Part shown: positions 1 to 9,022 of the stretch, piece by piece
Layout of the letters: the number at the start of each line of letters is the position of its first letter
Position numbering within the stretch: position 1 is the stretch's first letter
Virus record (IMG/VR): IMGVR_UViG_3300020034_000005
Coordinates: 26,319-90,318 of that record
Length of the DNA stretch: 64,000 nt
Origin: a virus
Direction: 5' to 3' (one strand)
Position numbers and translations under genes: made by a program
The notes under the pieces: model-generated
Databases searched by the model: none
What the model was told of the DNA's origin: nothing
Seen by the model: only the letters and a program-made list of their open reading frames with translations

Positions 1-321
1 GTCGCACGCTTCGATGACCGCGCCGGCGAGCCCCTCCCGCGCGCTGTCGGCGTCGATGGCGAGCGTCCCGATCCCGTCGTCGCGTACCCAGCAGTCGGGC
101 CCGTGGAGGATGGGCGGCCGGCCGTGGCGGGTCTGGGTGACGTAAGGCGGCCGGGGCAGCGGGGCGCGCGTTGGTTCCGGCGGGGGCTTGGGTTTCTGCT
201 GGTCGGCAAGTTGCTGTTCGGCTTGGGCGATCCACCGGTCGGTGCGGGCGAGGTCATCAACCTGGACGCGGCGCAGGAGACGGAGCGCGGTGAGTCGCTC
301 CTCGGCGGATGGTTCGATCAT
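1..321 (-). CDS. DUF6233-like protein (runs off window start)
   Basis: My translation: MIEPSAEERLTALRLLRRVQ...LHGPDCW...IDADSAREGLAGAVIEACD; HxxxC..AC pattern; not in supplied ORF track. Confidence 0.65.
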   Translation of the reverse strand, partial: MIEPSAEERLTALRLLRRVQVDDLARTDRWIAQAEQQLADQQKPKPPPEPTRAPLPRPPYVTQTRHGRPPILHGPDCWVRDDGIGTLAIDADSAREGLAGAVIEACD

Positions 322-329
322 GTGTTCGA
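314..329. promoter_or_regulatory. LexA (SOS) box-like site
   Basis: TCGAACACATGATCGA on minus strand, one mismatch to actinobacterial TCGAAC-N4-GTTCGA; overlaps start codon at 321. Confidence 0.65.
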
Positions 330-415
330 GTCTACGGTCACGGCGATCCACCACCATCCGAGCCCGCACACCCCCGCCCGCCTGCCACACTGGCCGGACA
401 CCCCAGGAGGACGCC

Positions 416-655
416 GTGCCGTACCGCCCGTACCCCAACGCCGACCGTGCGCTCCGGCAGATCGACCGCCACTACCCGCCGCAGCCGGTGCAGGTCTCCG
501 AGGCCACGCTCAAGCTGGCCGAGCAGGCGAACCTCGCACTCGCGAGGGCGGCTGAGGTCGTGCGGCCGATAGCGGAGGCCGCCGCGCGCATGATGGTCGC
601 GCCGCCTCGGATCCAGTTCGGCGACGCGCTGGCCAAGATTCGCCGCACCGCCTGA
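416..655 (+). CDS. Hypothetical protein (PYRPYPNADRAL N-terminus)
   Basis: GGAGG RBS then GTG. Confidence 0.6.
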   Translation: MPYRPYPNADRALRQIDRHYPPQPVQVSEATLKLAEQANLALARAAEVVRPIAEAAARMMVAPPRIQFGDALAKIRRTA

Positions 656-799
656 CCCGCCGCACCGCCGTTGTCGTCCCCGCCTCTACTCTGGAGGCAT
701 CAACAACCCCTAGCCAGAGTGGGGGTTGCTCGCTGGCTGCGAGGTCGCCCCGTCACCGGTTCAGCGCCCGGGGGCGGGGCGCTCAGGCATCATGGGCGC

Positions 800-1030
800 A
801 TGCCGCCGTTCCTCTGGTTCATCCTGCCCGCCGAGCTGATCTACTGCGCTGCGTGCGTCTATTTCGGTGCGCGGTATGGTGCGCCGCTCTGGTTGCGATG
901 GCCGCACCTTCTGTGGGCTCGCATGCTGGGCACCGTCCCGCCTGAGGTTGGTCGCGTGCGGCCCGACTACCCGAAGATCCGGCGGCTTGAGCGGGAGCTC
1001 GGCATCAGCGATGAACGCCCGGCGCTGTGA
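800..1030 (+). CDS. Small membrane protein
   Basis: Hydrophobic N-terminal stretch. Confidence 0.45.
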   Translation: MPPFLWFILPAELIYCAACVYFGARYGAPLWLRWPHLLWARMLGTVPPEVGRVRPDYPKIRRLERELGISDERPAL

Positions 1031-1207
1031 CCACCGTTCCGGCATCATGAACCCATGACGACACAGACCCTTCGCGGAGCCCGCCAGCGTGTCCCGCTGA
1101 CCGAGATCGATGTCCGTGGCGCTGTCGCGGCCCGGCAGCTCGGCCGGATCCTCCCCGCGTCCACGGGCCGTTCTCTGCGGGTGTCGACGTTCAACTCGGC
1201 GCTGTAG

Positions 1208-1432
1208 ATGGACCGGTACGAATTCTGGGAGCGCGCGCACCGGCTCAAGGCAGCCGCCCACCGTGCTGCCGCCGCGCGTGAGGACATGGCGGCTGAAATG
1301 GTCAAGGCGACGAAGCCCATGCGGAACTTCGCTGCGATCATGCAGGGAGGTTTCGACCGTGATCTCGGCATGCACCCCGACCTGGCCGAACTGAACGTCC
1401 AGCTCGACGGCTACTACGGTGGGCGGCCGTAG
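1208..1432 (+). CDS. Hypothetical protein
   Basis: Plausible composition and codon use. Confidence 0.55.
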   Translation: MDRYEFWERAHRLKAAAHRAAAAREDMAAEMVKATKPMRNFAAIMQGGFDRDLGMHPDLAELNVQLDGYYGGRP

Positions 1433-1433
1433 C

Positions 1434-1625
1434 TCACGTCTCCCGCGCCGCTTTCTTCGCCGCCATCTCCAGCTCGGTGTTCCCAGCGCTCCGTAGGAAC
1501 GCCTCGGCCGCCTCCAGCCACGGCGCCCAACCCTCCCGCGAGTACGGCTCGGACAGGGCTTTCACCCGCGCCGCCTCGGCCTCGCGCGCCAGCTTCATCA
1601 CATGATCAGGGATCTCAATAGTCAC
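1434..1625 (-). CDS. Hypothetical protein
   Basis: Helical, charged 63-aa ORF. Confidence 0.55.
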   Translation of the reverse strand: MTIEIPDHVMKLAREAEAARVKALSEPYSREGWAPWLEAAEAFLRSAGNTELEMAAKKAARET

Positions 1626-1668
1626 AGCCGGGGATCATAAACGGGGGCACTGACACCGGGGCAGAGGC

Positions 1669-1752
1669 TCAGGCGACGGGCCCGTTGGCGGCCTTCTTCA
1701 GCAGCCTGAGCTGCTCGCGCGTCCATCCGGTGATGCGCGCGACGTCAGGCAA
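1669..1752 (-). pseudogene. C-terminal remnant of a small HTH gene
   Basis: LPDVARITGWTREQLRLLKKAANGPVA resembles EVAKASGWTGAHVRKLAR in 48153..48446. Confidence 0.4.
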
Positions 1753-2224
1753 CGAGCTGCAGGTGTGGGCCGTGCCGTCGCCACAGGGCCGCCCAAGTTG
1801 TTTTCGCCAGAGTGCGATCATGCGCGTTGAATCGCACCCACCTCTCGCCCTGTCGGCGCCAGACCCTACCTTGACGCGTCCGAACCTCGACCCCCTCGGA
1901 AGGTTCGGGCATGCGATCCCAGGTTGGGCCGTGGCCGCAGAGCATTACCTTGTACCAGGGTTCGGACAGGTAGCGCTTCACGGCCCCCTGTTCCAGAACG
2001 TGGACGTGCGAGTCGAGCATCGTGTTGCAGCGAGAGCACAGCAGTCCGCGAACCGCCCAGTCGCCGGCTGTCGCGTCGTGGTCAATCACGAGAAATCCGT
2101 GCGGTGTCTCGGTGCCCGGGGTGCCGCAGATTTCGCAGCACCGTTGTGCACGCACTTGTAGAGCCTCGTAGTCGGCGCAGCTGAGCTGGTACTTCTTGTG
2201 TTGGCAGCGGGCGTGACGGTTCAC
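1745..2224 (-). CDS. Endonuclease VII-family (His-Me finger) protein
   Basis: CEICG...IDHD...VRGLLCSRCN motif. Confidence 0.85.
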   Translation of the reverse strand: MNRHARCQHKKYQLSCADYEALQVRAQRCCEICGTPGTETPHGFLVIDHDATAGDWAVRGLLCSRCNTMLDSHVHVLEQGAVKRYLSEPWYKVMLCGHGPTWDRMPEPSEGVEVRTRQGRVWRRQGERWVRFNAHDRTLAKTTWAALWRRHGPHLQLVA

Positions 2225-2415
2225 CGGTCCGCTTCTCCGCTGGCCTCCATCTCGGGTCGATGAGGCAGCTTCGCGCCGGGGCGTCGCAGGTACCAGGCGA
2301 CGAGTTCCTTGATGGCCGCCGACCGGTCGCCGCCGGGTGCACGCTCGGCCAGCTCCTTCCAGTCCTCGTCGGAGATCCGGACGGATCGGTGCTGAGTGCG
2401 CGGGGCGTTTGGCAT
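2221..2415 (-). CDS. Ribbon-helix-helix DNA-binding protein
   Basis: RSVRISDEDW...RSAAIKELV pattern. Confidence 0.7.
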   Translation of the reverse strand: MPNAPRTQHRSVRISDEDWKELAERAPGGDRSAAIKELVAWYLRRPGAKLPHRPEMEASGEADR

Positions 2416-2431
2416 GCGTCGATGCTAACCG

Positions 2432-2503
2432 GGTGTACGTACAAAAAGCTAGCCCAAAGGGGTTGTGGTGTACGTACGCCCCGGGTTACGGTGTACGTAC
2501 ACC
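2432..2503. promoter_or_regulatory. Triple operator GGTGTACGTAC in divergent promoter region
   Basis: Copies at 2432, 2467 and 2490; the third is the perfect palindrome GGTGTACGTACACC. Confidence 0.75.
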
Positions 2504-2527
2504 AAGCGGCGAGCAGGGGAGACGGAA

Positions 2528-3193
2528 ATGACGCAGACCATGACCAACCTGGGGACCGTCACCTACAACGGTGAGCCGCTTGCCCTGGTCGAGTCCAGCT
2601 GGAACTCCTGGACCGCCGACGGCATCACCCTCCACATCCTCCCGACCGGCCTGTGGGGAGCCAGCCGCACGGGCAGCTACCCCACCGGTGCCGACACCCC
2701 GCAGGAAGCCCTCGACAACCTCGTCGACCAGGAGCGCAAGGCAGCCCGCGCCGCGACCATCCGGGCCGGGCTCACCGACGGGCAGAGGTTCGCCCGAGAC
2801 ATGCGCCGCTACCTCGCCATCGGCGCCACCACCCGCCGCTACCGCAAAGGCGCCGACCTCCACGCAGAGATCCTGCGCCTTGGAATGGAACTGGTCACCA
2901 GCGGAACCGAGTACGGATACAGCGAGGACCTGATCAACGCCATCCGTCCGGCCTTCGGCGCGCTGCGGTCCTACGACTCGCACATCACGACCGGACGGCT
3001 CGGCGGGCTCATCTGCCAGTACATCAACGCGATGTCCCCGTGGCAGCTGCTGGATCTGCTCGCGGAGATGACCGACGCCGGAATCACCCACACTGGTGGC
3101 GGCGAGCGGTGGCTCCAGGACCTGGCCAAGACCCTCGTCGTCGCCGACGTCAACGCCCTTACCGGACGTCAGACCATCCGCCGCGCCGCTTAA
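2528..3193 (+). CDS. Hypothetical protein
   Basis: GGAG RBS, ATG, good codon bias. Confidence 0.75.
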   Translation: MTQTMTNLGTVTYNGEPLALVESSWNSWTADGITLHILPTGLWGASRTGSYPTGADTPQEALDNLVDQERKAARAATIRAGLTDGQRFARDMRRYLAIGATTRRYRKGADLHAEILRLGMELVTSGTEYGYSEDLINAIRPAFGALRSYDSHITTGRLGGLICQYINAMSPWQLLDLLAEMTDAGITHTGGGERWLQDLAKTLVVADVNALTGRQTIRRAA

Positions 3194-3218
3194 TCCGAGC
3201 CACCTCAGAGGCGGAGGC

Positions 3219-3401
3219 TCACGCCGCGCGCCCGACCTCGGCCTTCCACGCCTCCGTGTACCCGTGCCGCAACCGCTCGTACTCCACCCGCTCCACCGAC
3301 GACAGCGACCGCCCGTGCCGGGACCGCAGGAACACGCGGATCGCCTCATTCCACACGGACGACGGCCGTGAAGGGCCAGACGAGGTGGGGGTGGGGGGCA
3401 T
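3219..3401 (-). CDS. Hypothetical protein
   Basis: Short ORF (NEAIR...EYERL). Confidence 0.5.
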   Translation of the reverse strand: MPPTPTSSGPSRPSSVWNEAIRVFLRSRHGRSLSSVERVEYERLRHGYTEAWKAEVGRAA

Positions 3402-3476
3402 GGATCAAGAATACGACGGCGGGCCGCAGATCAGGGCGTCGCAGACGAGACGGCATATGCCGGGTTGGGGCTTTCG

Positions 3477-3722
3477 TCAGGCCCGCGGCGGGTGGTCAAC
3501 CACGAACGTCCCGATGCCGCTCTCGCCACGCAGCCACCCCTCCGCACGCAGATGCGCCAAGGCTTTCTGGCTGGTGGAACTGGCGATCCCCAGCTCGGTG
3601 GCCAGACCAAGCGTCGACGGGACACGGCTCCCCGGCGGATAGGTGCCGTCCTCGATCCGTGCAATGACGATCGCGACGACCTGCCGCCACATCGCCCGCG
3701 TCCGGTCCAACTCTCCGCTCAT
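3477..3722 (-). CDS. GntR-family wHTH regulator
   Basis: IEDGTYPPGSRVPS...LATELGI...L..EG......GIGTFV. Confidence 0.85.
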   Translation of the reverse strand: MSGELDRTRAMWRQVVAIVIARIEDGTYPPGSRVPSTLGLATELGIASSTSQKALAHLRAEGWLRGESGIGTFVVDHPPRA

Positions 3723-3870
3723 GATCCAGACCGTGCCATCCCGCACCCTGCCGCGCGACCGCAGCAACCATCGCCATGGCGCGGTATGCCGCAGTAAGGT
3801 TGCGGGACGAATTGCCCCCGCGACCGATGACGCGGCCCGGGGGTACGGACGACACCGGAGGAGCGCCGCC

Positions 3871-4059
3871 ATGAAGCAGACTACCCACCGCCCCGCGCAC
3901 GCGGCAGAGCCCGCCACCGGGTGGTGCCACTGGCACAAAGGCGCATCCGAGACCGCGGTCCTGGTCCAGATCATCGAGCAGGCGTCGGCGTCCGGGGCCC
4001 GCCTGTACGCGTGCACCCCGTGCAGGGAACAGCACCACTTGGTCCCGGAGGCGTCATGA
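3871..4059 (+). CDS. Small Zn-binding protein
   Basis: CHWH...CTPC; RBS GGAGGAG. Confidence 0.6.
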   Translation: MKQTTHRPAHAAEPATGWCHWHKGASETAVLVQIIEQASASGARLYACTPCREQHHLVPEAS

Positions 4060-4268
4060 CCGAGGGCTACAAGATCGGCGACTGGGTGTTCAGTGAGGAC
4101 TACGGGCGCGGCGCCGGCGAGGTCATCATGGACCTCGGCGACGGACTGCTGCGCGCCGTGTTCGCGCGCGCCGAGGCCACGGTCCGCACCTACGCTGTAC
4201 GCCGGGCGACCGATGAGGAGATCGCGGCGGCCCGTCAGGTACGCCAGGCCCGTGAGGCCTCCCGGTGA
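4056..4268 (+). CDS. Hypothetical protein
   Basis: ATGA overlap with upstream gene. Confidence 0.55.
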   Translation: MTEGYKIGDWVFSEDYGRGAGEVIMDLGDGLLRAVFARAEATVRTYAVRRATDEEIAAARQVRQAREASR

Positions 4269-4435
4269 GCGCCCCCACCGGGTACCGCAGCCCCGAATGC
4301 CGGGCCGCGGGCACCGACTGGCCGGACGGACACCGCCTCTGCCACGGACCCTGCGCCACCCCTGCGCCCGGTGGCGGGATACCCGTTCAGGTCCTGCACT
4401 GCGCCTGCCCCTGCCATCGCAGGCCGCGCCCCTGA
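4265..4435 (+). CDS. Small Cys/His-rich protein
   Basis: GTGA overlap; C..H..C...CACPCH. Confidence 0.45.
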   Translation: MSAPTGYRSPECRAAGTDWPDGHRLCHGPCATPAPGGGIPVQVLHCACPCHRRPRP

Positions 4436-4697
4436 ACTCCCCGCCCGCGCGTCCGACGGCGGTCCCGCGGGCGGGGTCAACCGCTTCACCGGTGGCCTAG
4501 ACCTCTGCTGTTGATGAAGGCTCTGGCCAGCGGTTTATACGGTGCGCGATCAGTTCACACCCCCTGAGTGCCGTGTGCATATATCTGCATGTAGGCGCCC
4601 TTGCGCTTACCGTCACAACAAGGAATGGTCAAGGCAAAGAAGCTGACTCCCCAGTCAGCTCATGCACCCCGGACCCCGGTGCGCGCGTCCATGCATG

Positions 4698-4925
4698 TCA
4701 GCTCAGGAGGTCCTTCACGTGCACCCGCAGCGCACGCGCGATCCGCAACAAGTGGCTGGTCTTCGACTCCCCGCCGTACTCGATGCGCTGAATCGTGCTG
4801 CGGTCCAACTCCGACAGCTCGGCAAGCCGCTCCTGGGTCATGTCGAGGTACAGCCGGCGCACGCGCACGCGGTCGCCGATGGCCCGTCGGGCATCGAGGA
4901 TCCACTGCGGCTGGTCGGCTGGCAT
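4698..4925 (-). CDS. XRE-family HTH regulator
   Basis: MTQERLAELSELDRSTIQRIEYG. Confidence 0.85.
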   Translation of the reverse strand: MPADQPQWILDARRAIGDRVRVRRLYLDMTQERLAELSELDRSTIQRIEYGGESKTSHLLRIARALRVHVKDLLS

Positions 4926-5099
4926 CAGACAAACGCTCGACCGCAGATGATCTTATGTCAGCAGCAGATTTGCGGCATCTTTCGATCATGAAGAGCTGAC
5001 CGGGCGCCCCAGACCCCGCCGCCCGGTCTCACCACCCATACCGCTCCAGCCCTGCGGCGCTCTGGCATATGCCGCAGGGCTGGGGCTAGTGTCCATAAA

Positions 5100-5115
5100 T
5101 CGAACGTGCGTTCAC
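5100..5115. promoter_or_regulatory. LexA box-like site
   Basis: TCGAACGTGCGTTCAC (GAAC-N4-GTTC core) in an intergenic region. Confidence 0.5.
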
Positions 5116-5249
5116 TCGAAAGGATGAACAACCACGTGGGAACCGCATCCGTTGGACAGGGAAATTTGGTAGCGCTCTGGCTCAGGCCGGCGCGCCCACA
5201 CGGGACCGCCGCTCCTGCCGCGGCGGTCCACGCCGACGGAGAGACACCG

Positions 5250-5480
5250 ATGACCCCCGACGCAATCCTCGCCCTCTACCCCTGGACGACCGGGTCGTGC
5301 TTCCGCTGCAGCGAGGACGACGTGTTCGTCACGCACATCGACGACATCGTCACCCCCTCCGGCGACGTCTACCGGCTGAGCGCCTGCGGCAGCTGCGTCA
5401 TCATCCTCGAGACCGAGCGCTGGCGGCACGCCCTCCGCAAGGGAGAGGTGTACGAGCCGGGCCTACTCGGCGCATCGTAG
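5250..5480 (+). CDS. Hypothetical Zn-binding protein
   Basis: CFRC...CGSC; RBS GGAG. Confidence 0.55.
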   Translation: MTPDAILALYPWTTGSCFRCSEDDVFVTHIDDIVTPSGDVYRLSACGSCVIILETERWRHALRKGEVYEPGLLGAS

Positions 5481-5558
5481 AGACACCCCGCCCATCACGC
5501 CGCCCCGCAGACCGCGAGGCGGCTTTCCGCTGGAGACACCCTGGCGGAGGGCCCGTTT

Positions 5559-5838
5559 CTGGGGAGCGCCTGGGGAGAATCTGGGGGTGGGCGGCACCTG
5601 GGGAGAGGTGGATCGGAACCCAACGACCCACCATCGGAACTCAACGCAACGCATCGGAACAGTCAAAAGGGCAGTTCAGCACCATCCCGCAAAACGATTG
5701 AGGGGAACCCGCAGGCCCAGGATGCACGGCTAACAAAACCCGGCGTACAGGCCGACTCGTCCGCTGTCTGAACCTCTGACCTGGGAACTCTTGCCGAGTT
5801 CCTAGATCAACTGGGGTGCTGGGGAGAATCTGGGGAGA
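5559..5838. other. attP: arm-type repeats flanking a core matching the rnpB 3' end (5733..5763)
   Basis: CTGGGG(AG) repeats at 5559, 5570, 5581, 5598 and 5811, 5819, 5830; ATCGGAAC at 5612, 5633, 5653; core ACAAAACCCGGCGTACAGGCCGACTCGTCCG; abuts integrase stop. Confidence 0.8.
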
Positions 5839-5845
5839 TCCATTT

Positions 5846-7183
5846 CTAAATGGAGTCCTCGGGCGCCTCATCCGCTCCACCGGCGTCATCCGAGCCGACG
5901 TCGGGGGTGAGCCACCGGCCGAGCGCCGTCAGCCCCATTGTCCCAGACGTCGGCAAGAAGTGGGCGTAGGTCCGCAACGTGAACGCCGGATCTCCATGGC
6001 CGAGCCACGACGCCAGCTGAGTGATCGTCTCACCGGCCGCCAGCACGATCGACGAGAACGTATGGCGGGTGACGTGAAACCCGTCCTCCCGCGGCATGGC
6101 CCACTTCTTGCGCAGCGCGCGCTTGCCCTTCGCCGTCACGCTCTCCACGACCGTCGGCTCGGGCAGCACACCCGCCCGGCCGAGCGCCGGCTTCCACTGC
6201 TTCTCATCGAAGGTCGACCGGTTGATCGCGCCCCCGGCGCCGCCGTTGATCCTGGAGGTGACCACAAGAAGACGTACTGTCCGCATCGGCCGGCTCGTCC
6301 ACGCGATGTTCGGCCGGTCGGGGTCAACCCAGCGCAGCGTCACCTCGACCGTGGGGTACGAGTTCGCGTACTCCTTCACCGCCGCGGCGAGCTCTACAGG
6401 GCACGGTGCGTCACGCAGCTTCCCCCGCTTCGGCGGGGCGAACGCCAGCTTCCCCCCGACCTTCACGATCTGCCGACGGACATGGATGATCTCACCGTCG
6501 ATGTCGTCGGGGGAGAAGCCGAAGCATTCGCCCTGACGGAGGCCGGCCGCCACGCCCAGGTCCAGCAGGATCCGGTAACGCGCATCGAGCCCAGCTCGCA
6601 CAGCGGCCACAGTCTCTGGCGACCAGGCCTTTGCCGTCGACGGTGGTGACGCAGGCGGCGACAAGTCCTCGTCGCGGAAAGGGTTCTCCGCAATCCGCTT
6701 CGCCTTGTGCGCGGCCTGGAGAATCGACGAGAAGTACCGCCACGTGGTGCGCACCGTGTTGACGTCGACATCCTCCTCGACCCGGATCAACCAACCCTTG
6801 ATCTCGTCCGAGCCGATGCGGTTCAGAGGCATGCTGCCCATGTGCGGCAGGATGTGCTTGAACACTCGCGGGCGCATCGACTCCTTGGTCGTCGGAGGCA
6901 CCCGCAGGTTCGGCCACCACGTTTTGCGCACGTACTCGTCGAGGGTGATGTTGCCGTCCCGCGGGTCGTAGAACGTGCCGCGGGTCGAGTCGGTGGCGGA
7001 CGCCTTCAACCAGGCCTTGGCCGGGACTTCCTTGGTGAACGAACGGTCGCGCACTCCGGGGATCCCGGCGACCCGCCAGCGTTTGCCCTTGCCGTGCCGG
7101 TCCGTGGGAACCCGGGTCGGCTTGCCCGTCTCAGGGTCTGCGGGGCCCTTCTTGTACCAGCGGTCCTCGATATACCCGGCCAT
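5846..7183 (-). CDS. int: Tyrosine integrase
   Basis: GLRQGE (R), HVTRH (HxxR), LGH and TYAH (Y) catalytic motifs; SAM-like core domain. Confidence 0.95.
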   Translation of the reverse strand: MAGYIEDRWYKKGPADPETGKPTRVPTDRHGKGKRWRVAGIPGVRDRSFTKEVPAKAWLKASATDSTRGTFYDPRDGNITLDEYVRKTWWPNLRVPPTTKESMRPRVFKHILPHMGSMPLNRIGSDEIKGWLIRVEEDVDVNTVRTTWRYFSSILQAAHKAKRIAENPFRDEDLSPPASPPSTAKAWSPETVAAVRAGLDARYRILLDLGVAAGLRQGECFGFSPDDIDGEIIHVRRQIVKVGGKLAFAPPKRGKLRDAPCPVELAAAVKEYANSYPTVEVTLRWVDPDRPNIAWTSRPMRTVRLLVVTSRINGGAGGAINRSTFDEKQWKPALGRAGVLPEPTVVESVTAKGKRALRKKWAMPREDGFHVTRHTFSSIVLAAGETITQLASWLGHGDPAFTLRTYAHFLPTSGTMGLTALGRWLTPDVGSDDAGGADEAPEDSI

Positions 7184-7415
7184 GACGCGCCCCCTTGAAC
7201 GCCGGTGAGCGCGCCGTTATGACCTCGCCACGCCACAGTTGGAACCACTGTCCCCCGGCGAGGAGCTGCGTGACGGCCGAATTGAGAGCCGCTACCCCTT
7301 CCGGGAGGAACAGTCCGCCGGCGAGCTCGTAGTTCACCCACCCCCGGCCTTCCTTGATACGGACGGGCGCGTCCTCGGAAAGGCTGGCCGACAACTCGAA
7401 GTTGATATTGAGCAC
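7131..7415 (-). CDS. Hypothetical protein between repressor and integrase
   Basis: GAGGGG RBS then GTG. Confidence 0.6.
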   Translation of the reverse strand: MLNINFELSASLSEDAPVRIKEGRGWVNYELAGGLFLPEGVAALNSAVTQLLAGGQWFQLWRGEVITARSPAFKGARHGRVYRGPLVQEGPRRP

Positions 7416-7570
7416 GATCTACCCCCTCTGGGGCAATCAGGGAGGTGGGGGACCCCTGTGGTGAAAGTGTCCGGACCCGGAAACATAACCCGACTTGGGT
7501 CGGTCTTCAACGGTCTGTTATGGATCCAGTTCAGGCATCAAGTAGAACCGCAGGCCAGCGACTTGTATGA

Positions 7571-8029
7571 CTATTCGGCGTCCCGTTTTGCGCGCTCGTC
7601 GGCCTCGATCATCGCCTTCCAGCGGCGGATCTCACCCTTCTCCATGCCCGCGAGGTGGGCGACGATGACGCGCACGTCCTCGTCGTAGCCGGCGAGCTCA
7701 GTGGCCTTGTAGTTCAGAAACTGGATCGCGGCGGCGCGCTGCACCACGGTGAGCGGCCTCTGGAGGCCGAAGGAGATGGCTTCCAGTCGCTCAGGAGTGG
7801 GGGCGGTGGCAATGGAGTTCGTGGCCATCTTCTGGAAATACGGCTTGGACAGCGGGACGCCGGCTGCTGCCGAGCGGTCGGCCATCTGCCGGTAGGAGAC
7901 GCCGCGCCCGTCGTCGTTGATCTCGCGGATCATCTGGCTCAGGGCGTCGCGGTCCATGTCCCTGACAAGGTTGTCGGGAAGACCGGACGTGGTGTCGTCG
8001 CGGGTGGGGGTGGGGGCAGGTGCCTCCAT
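7571..8029 (-). CDS. Immunity repressor (XRE-like HTH); start uncertain
   Basis: SYRQMADRS...LSKPYFQKM...PTPERLEAIS; divergent from cro-like gene. Confidence 0.75.
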   Translation of the reverse strand: MEAPAPTPTRDDTTSGLPDNLVRDMDRDALSQMIREINDDGRGVSYRQMADRSAAAGVPLSKPYFQKMATNSIATAPTPERLEAISFGLQRPLTVVQRAAAIQFLNYKATELAGYDEDVRVIVAHLAGMEKGEIRRWKAMIEADERAKRDAE

Positions 8030-8137
8030 GCCGCTGTCTCCTCGGGTCTCATTCACACCGACTGTCTCTCGTGTAGTCCGCGCTGACTCTACAAATGGCA
8101 GGCCAGGCCGTACAACCATCGACGCACAAAGACGAAT

Positions 8138-8210
8138 CGTCTACAGGTTGATGGTAACTAAGCGGTCGGTTCAGGGAAACTTCACTTCCGGCCGTTCGGA
8201 TCTGTAGACG
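8138..8210. promoter_or_regulatory. Lysis/lysogeny switch region with inverted CGTCTACAG/CTGTAGACG sites
   Basis: 9-bp inverted pair at 8138 and 8202 in an AT-richer divergent intergenic region. Confidence 0.45.
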
Positions 8211-8271
8211 CAGCGGGTTTGATCTGATTCACTGTTCCCATCGAGAGCCGCACCGTTCCGATGGAGATCCT

Positions 8272-8592
8272 TTGAACGTCCGCTATAACCTCCGCGCCCC
8301 ACACATCCTGAGATGGGTGATGGATCACCCCGGGAGAGGGGTGCCCTACAGCACGCGAGAGCTCGCCAAGGAGATCGGACTCAGCTACCACAGCCTGATC
8401 GGACACCTCCTCACCGGCAAGCTCACCGACTGCCCCATCGAAGTCGCCCACCGCATCGCGGAGGTCACCGGCGTCGCCGTACTGGTGCTTTTCGCGCCCC
8501 CAGCGTCTCCAGAACAGAACGAATCGGATCAAGACCGCAGTCGAAAGTCAGATGCGCTGCCCCCGCCCCCACCCCCAGGAGTACCCCAGTGA
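8272..8592 (+). CDS. Cro-like HTH protein
   Basis: YSTRELAKEIGLSYHSLIGHLLTG. Confidence 0.75.
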   Translation: MNVRYNLRAPHILRWVMDHPGRGVPYSTRELAKEIGLSYHSLIGHLLTGKLTDCPIEVAHRIAEVTGVAVLVLFAPPASPEQNESDQDRSRKSDALPPPPPPGVPQ

Positions 8593-8924
8593 CGAAGACC
8601 AGGAAGTTGGCCCAGCAGAAGCCCCCGCCCGGGGTTGTCTGGATCTACGACTACACGGACCCCGAGACCGGTGAAGTACTCCTCCCCGGAATCGCGACCC
8701 GTCTGGGCATCTCCCCGAACACCTTCCGGAAGTGGCGGATGGCCGACAAAGGGCCGAAGTCGTTCCTTCTCGGCAAGCCCGTCGCCGCGTTCATCGAGGA
8801 CATAGACGCCTGGATCGCAGAGCAGGGCGGCCGGGAGTACGCGGCGGCAGTAGAGGCCCGCGCCGAGGGCCGGCCGCCGGAGCCCCGCCGCTCCACCGCC
8901 AAGCCGCTCGTACCTGCCGCCTGA
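8589..8924 (+). CDS. Excisionase-like (AlpA/MerR-type HTH) protein
   Basis: IATRLGISPNTFRKWRMADKGPKSF...EDIDAWI; GTGA overlap. Confidence 0.75.
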   Translation: MTKTRKLAQQKPPPGVVWIYDYTDPETGEVLLPGIATRLGISPNTFRKWRMADKGPKSFLLGKPVAAFIEDIDAWIAEQGGREYAAAVEARAEGRPPEPRRSTAKPLVPAA

Positions 8925-9022
8925 CGCGGCAAACAGCCCCAACCACCGGTGGTCAGAGACCGGCAGCCGGGGCCTAGAGGACTCCCTCACCTGCAACTAC
9001 CTGCAAGCGAAAGAAGACCGTC

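Noticed and set aside
5733-5763. A phage-encoded RNase P RNA gene
   Set aside because: Only about 30 nt of the 3' end is present and no upstream conserved regions (e.g. GAGGAACGUCC) are seen; interpreted as att core
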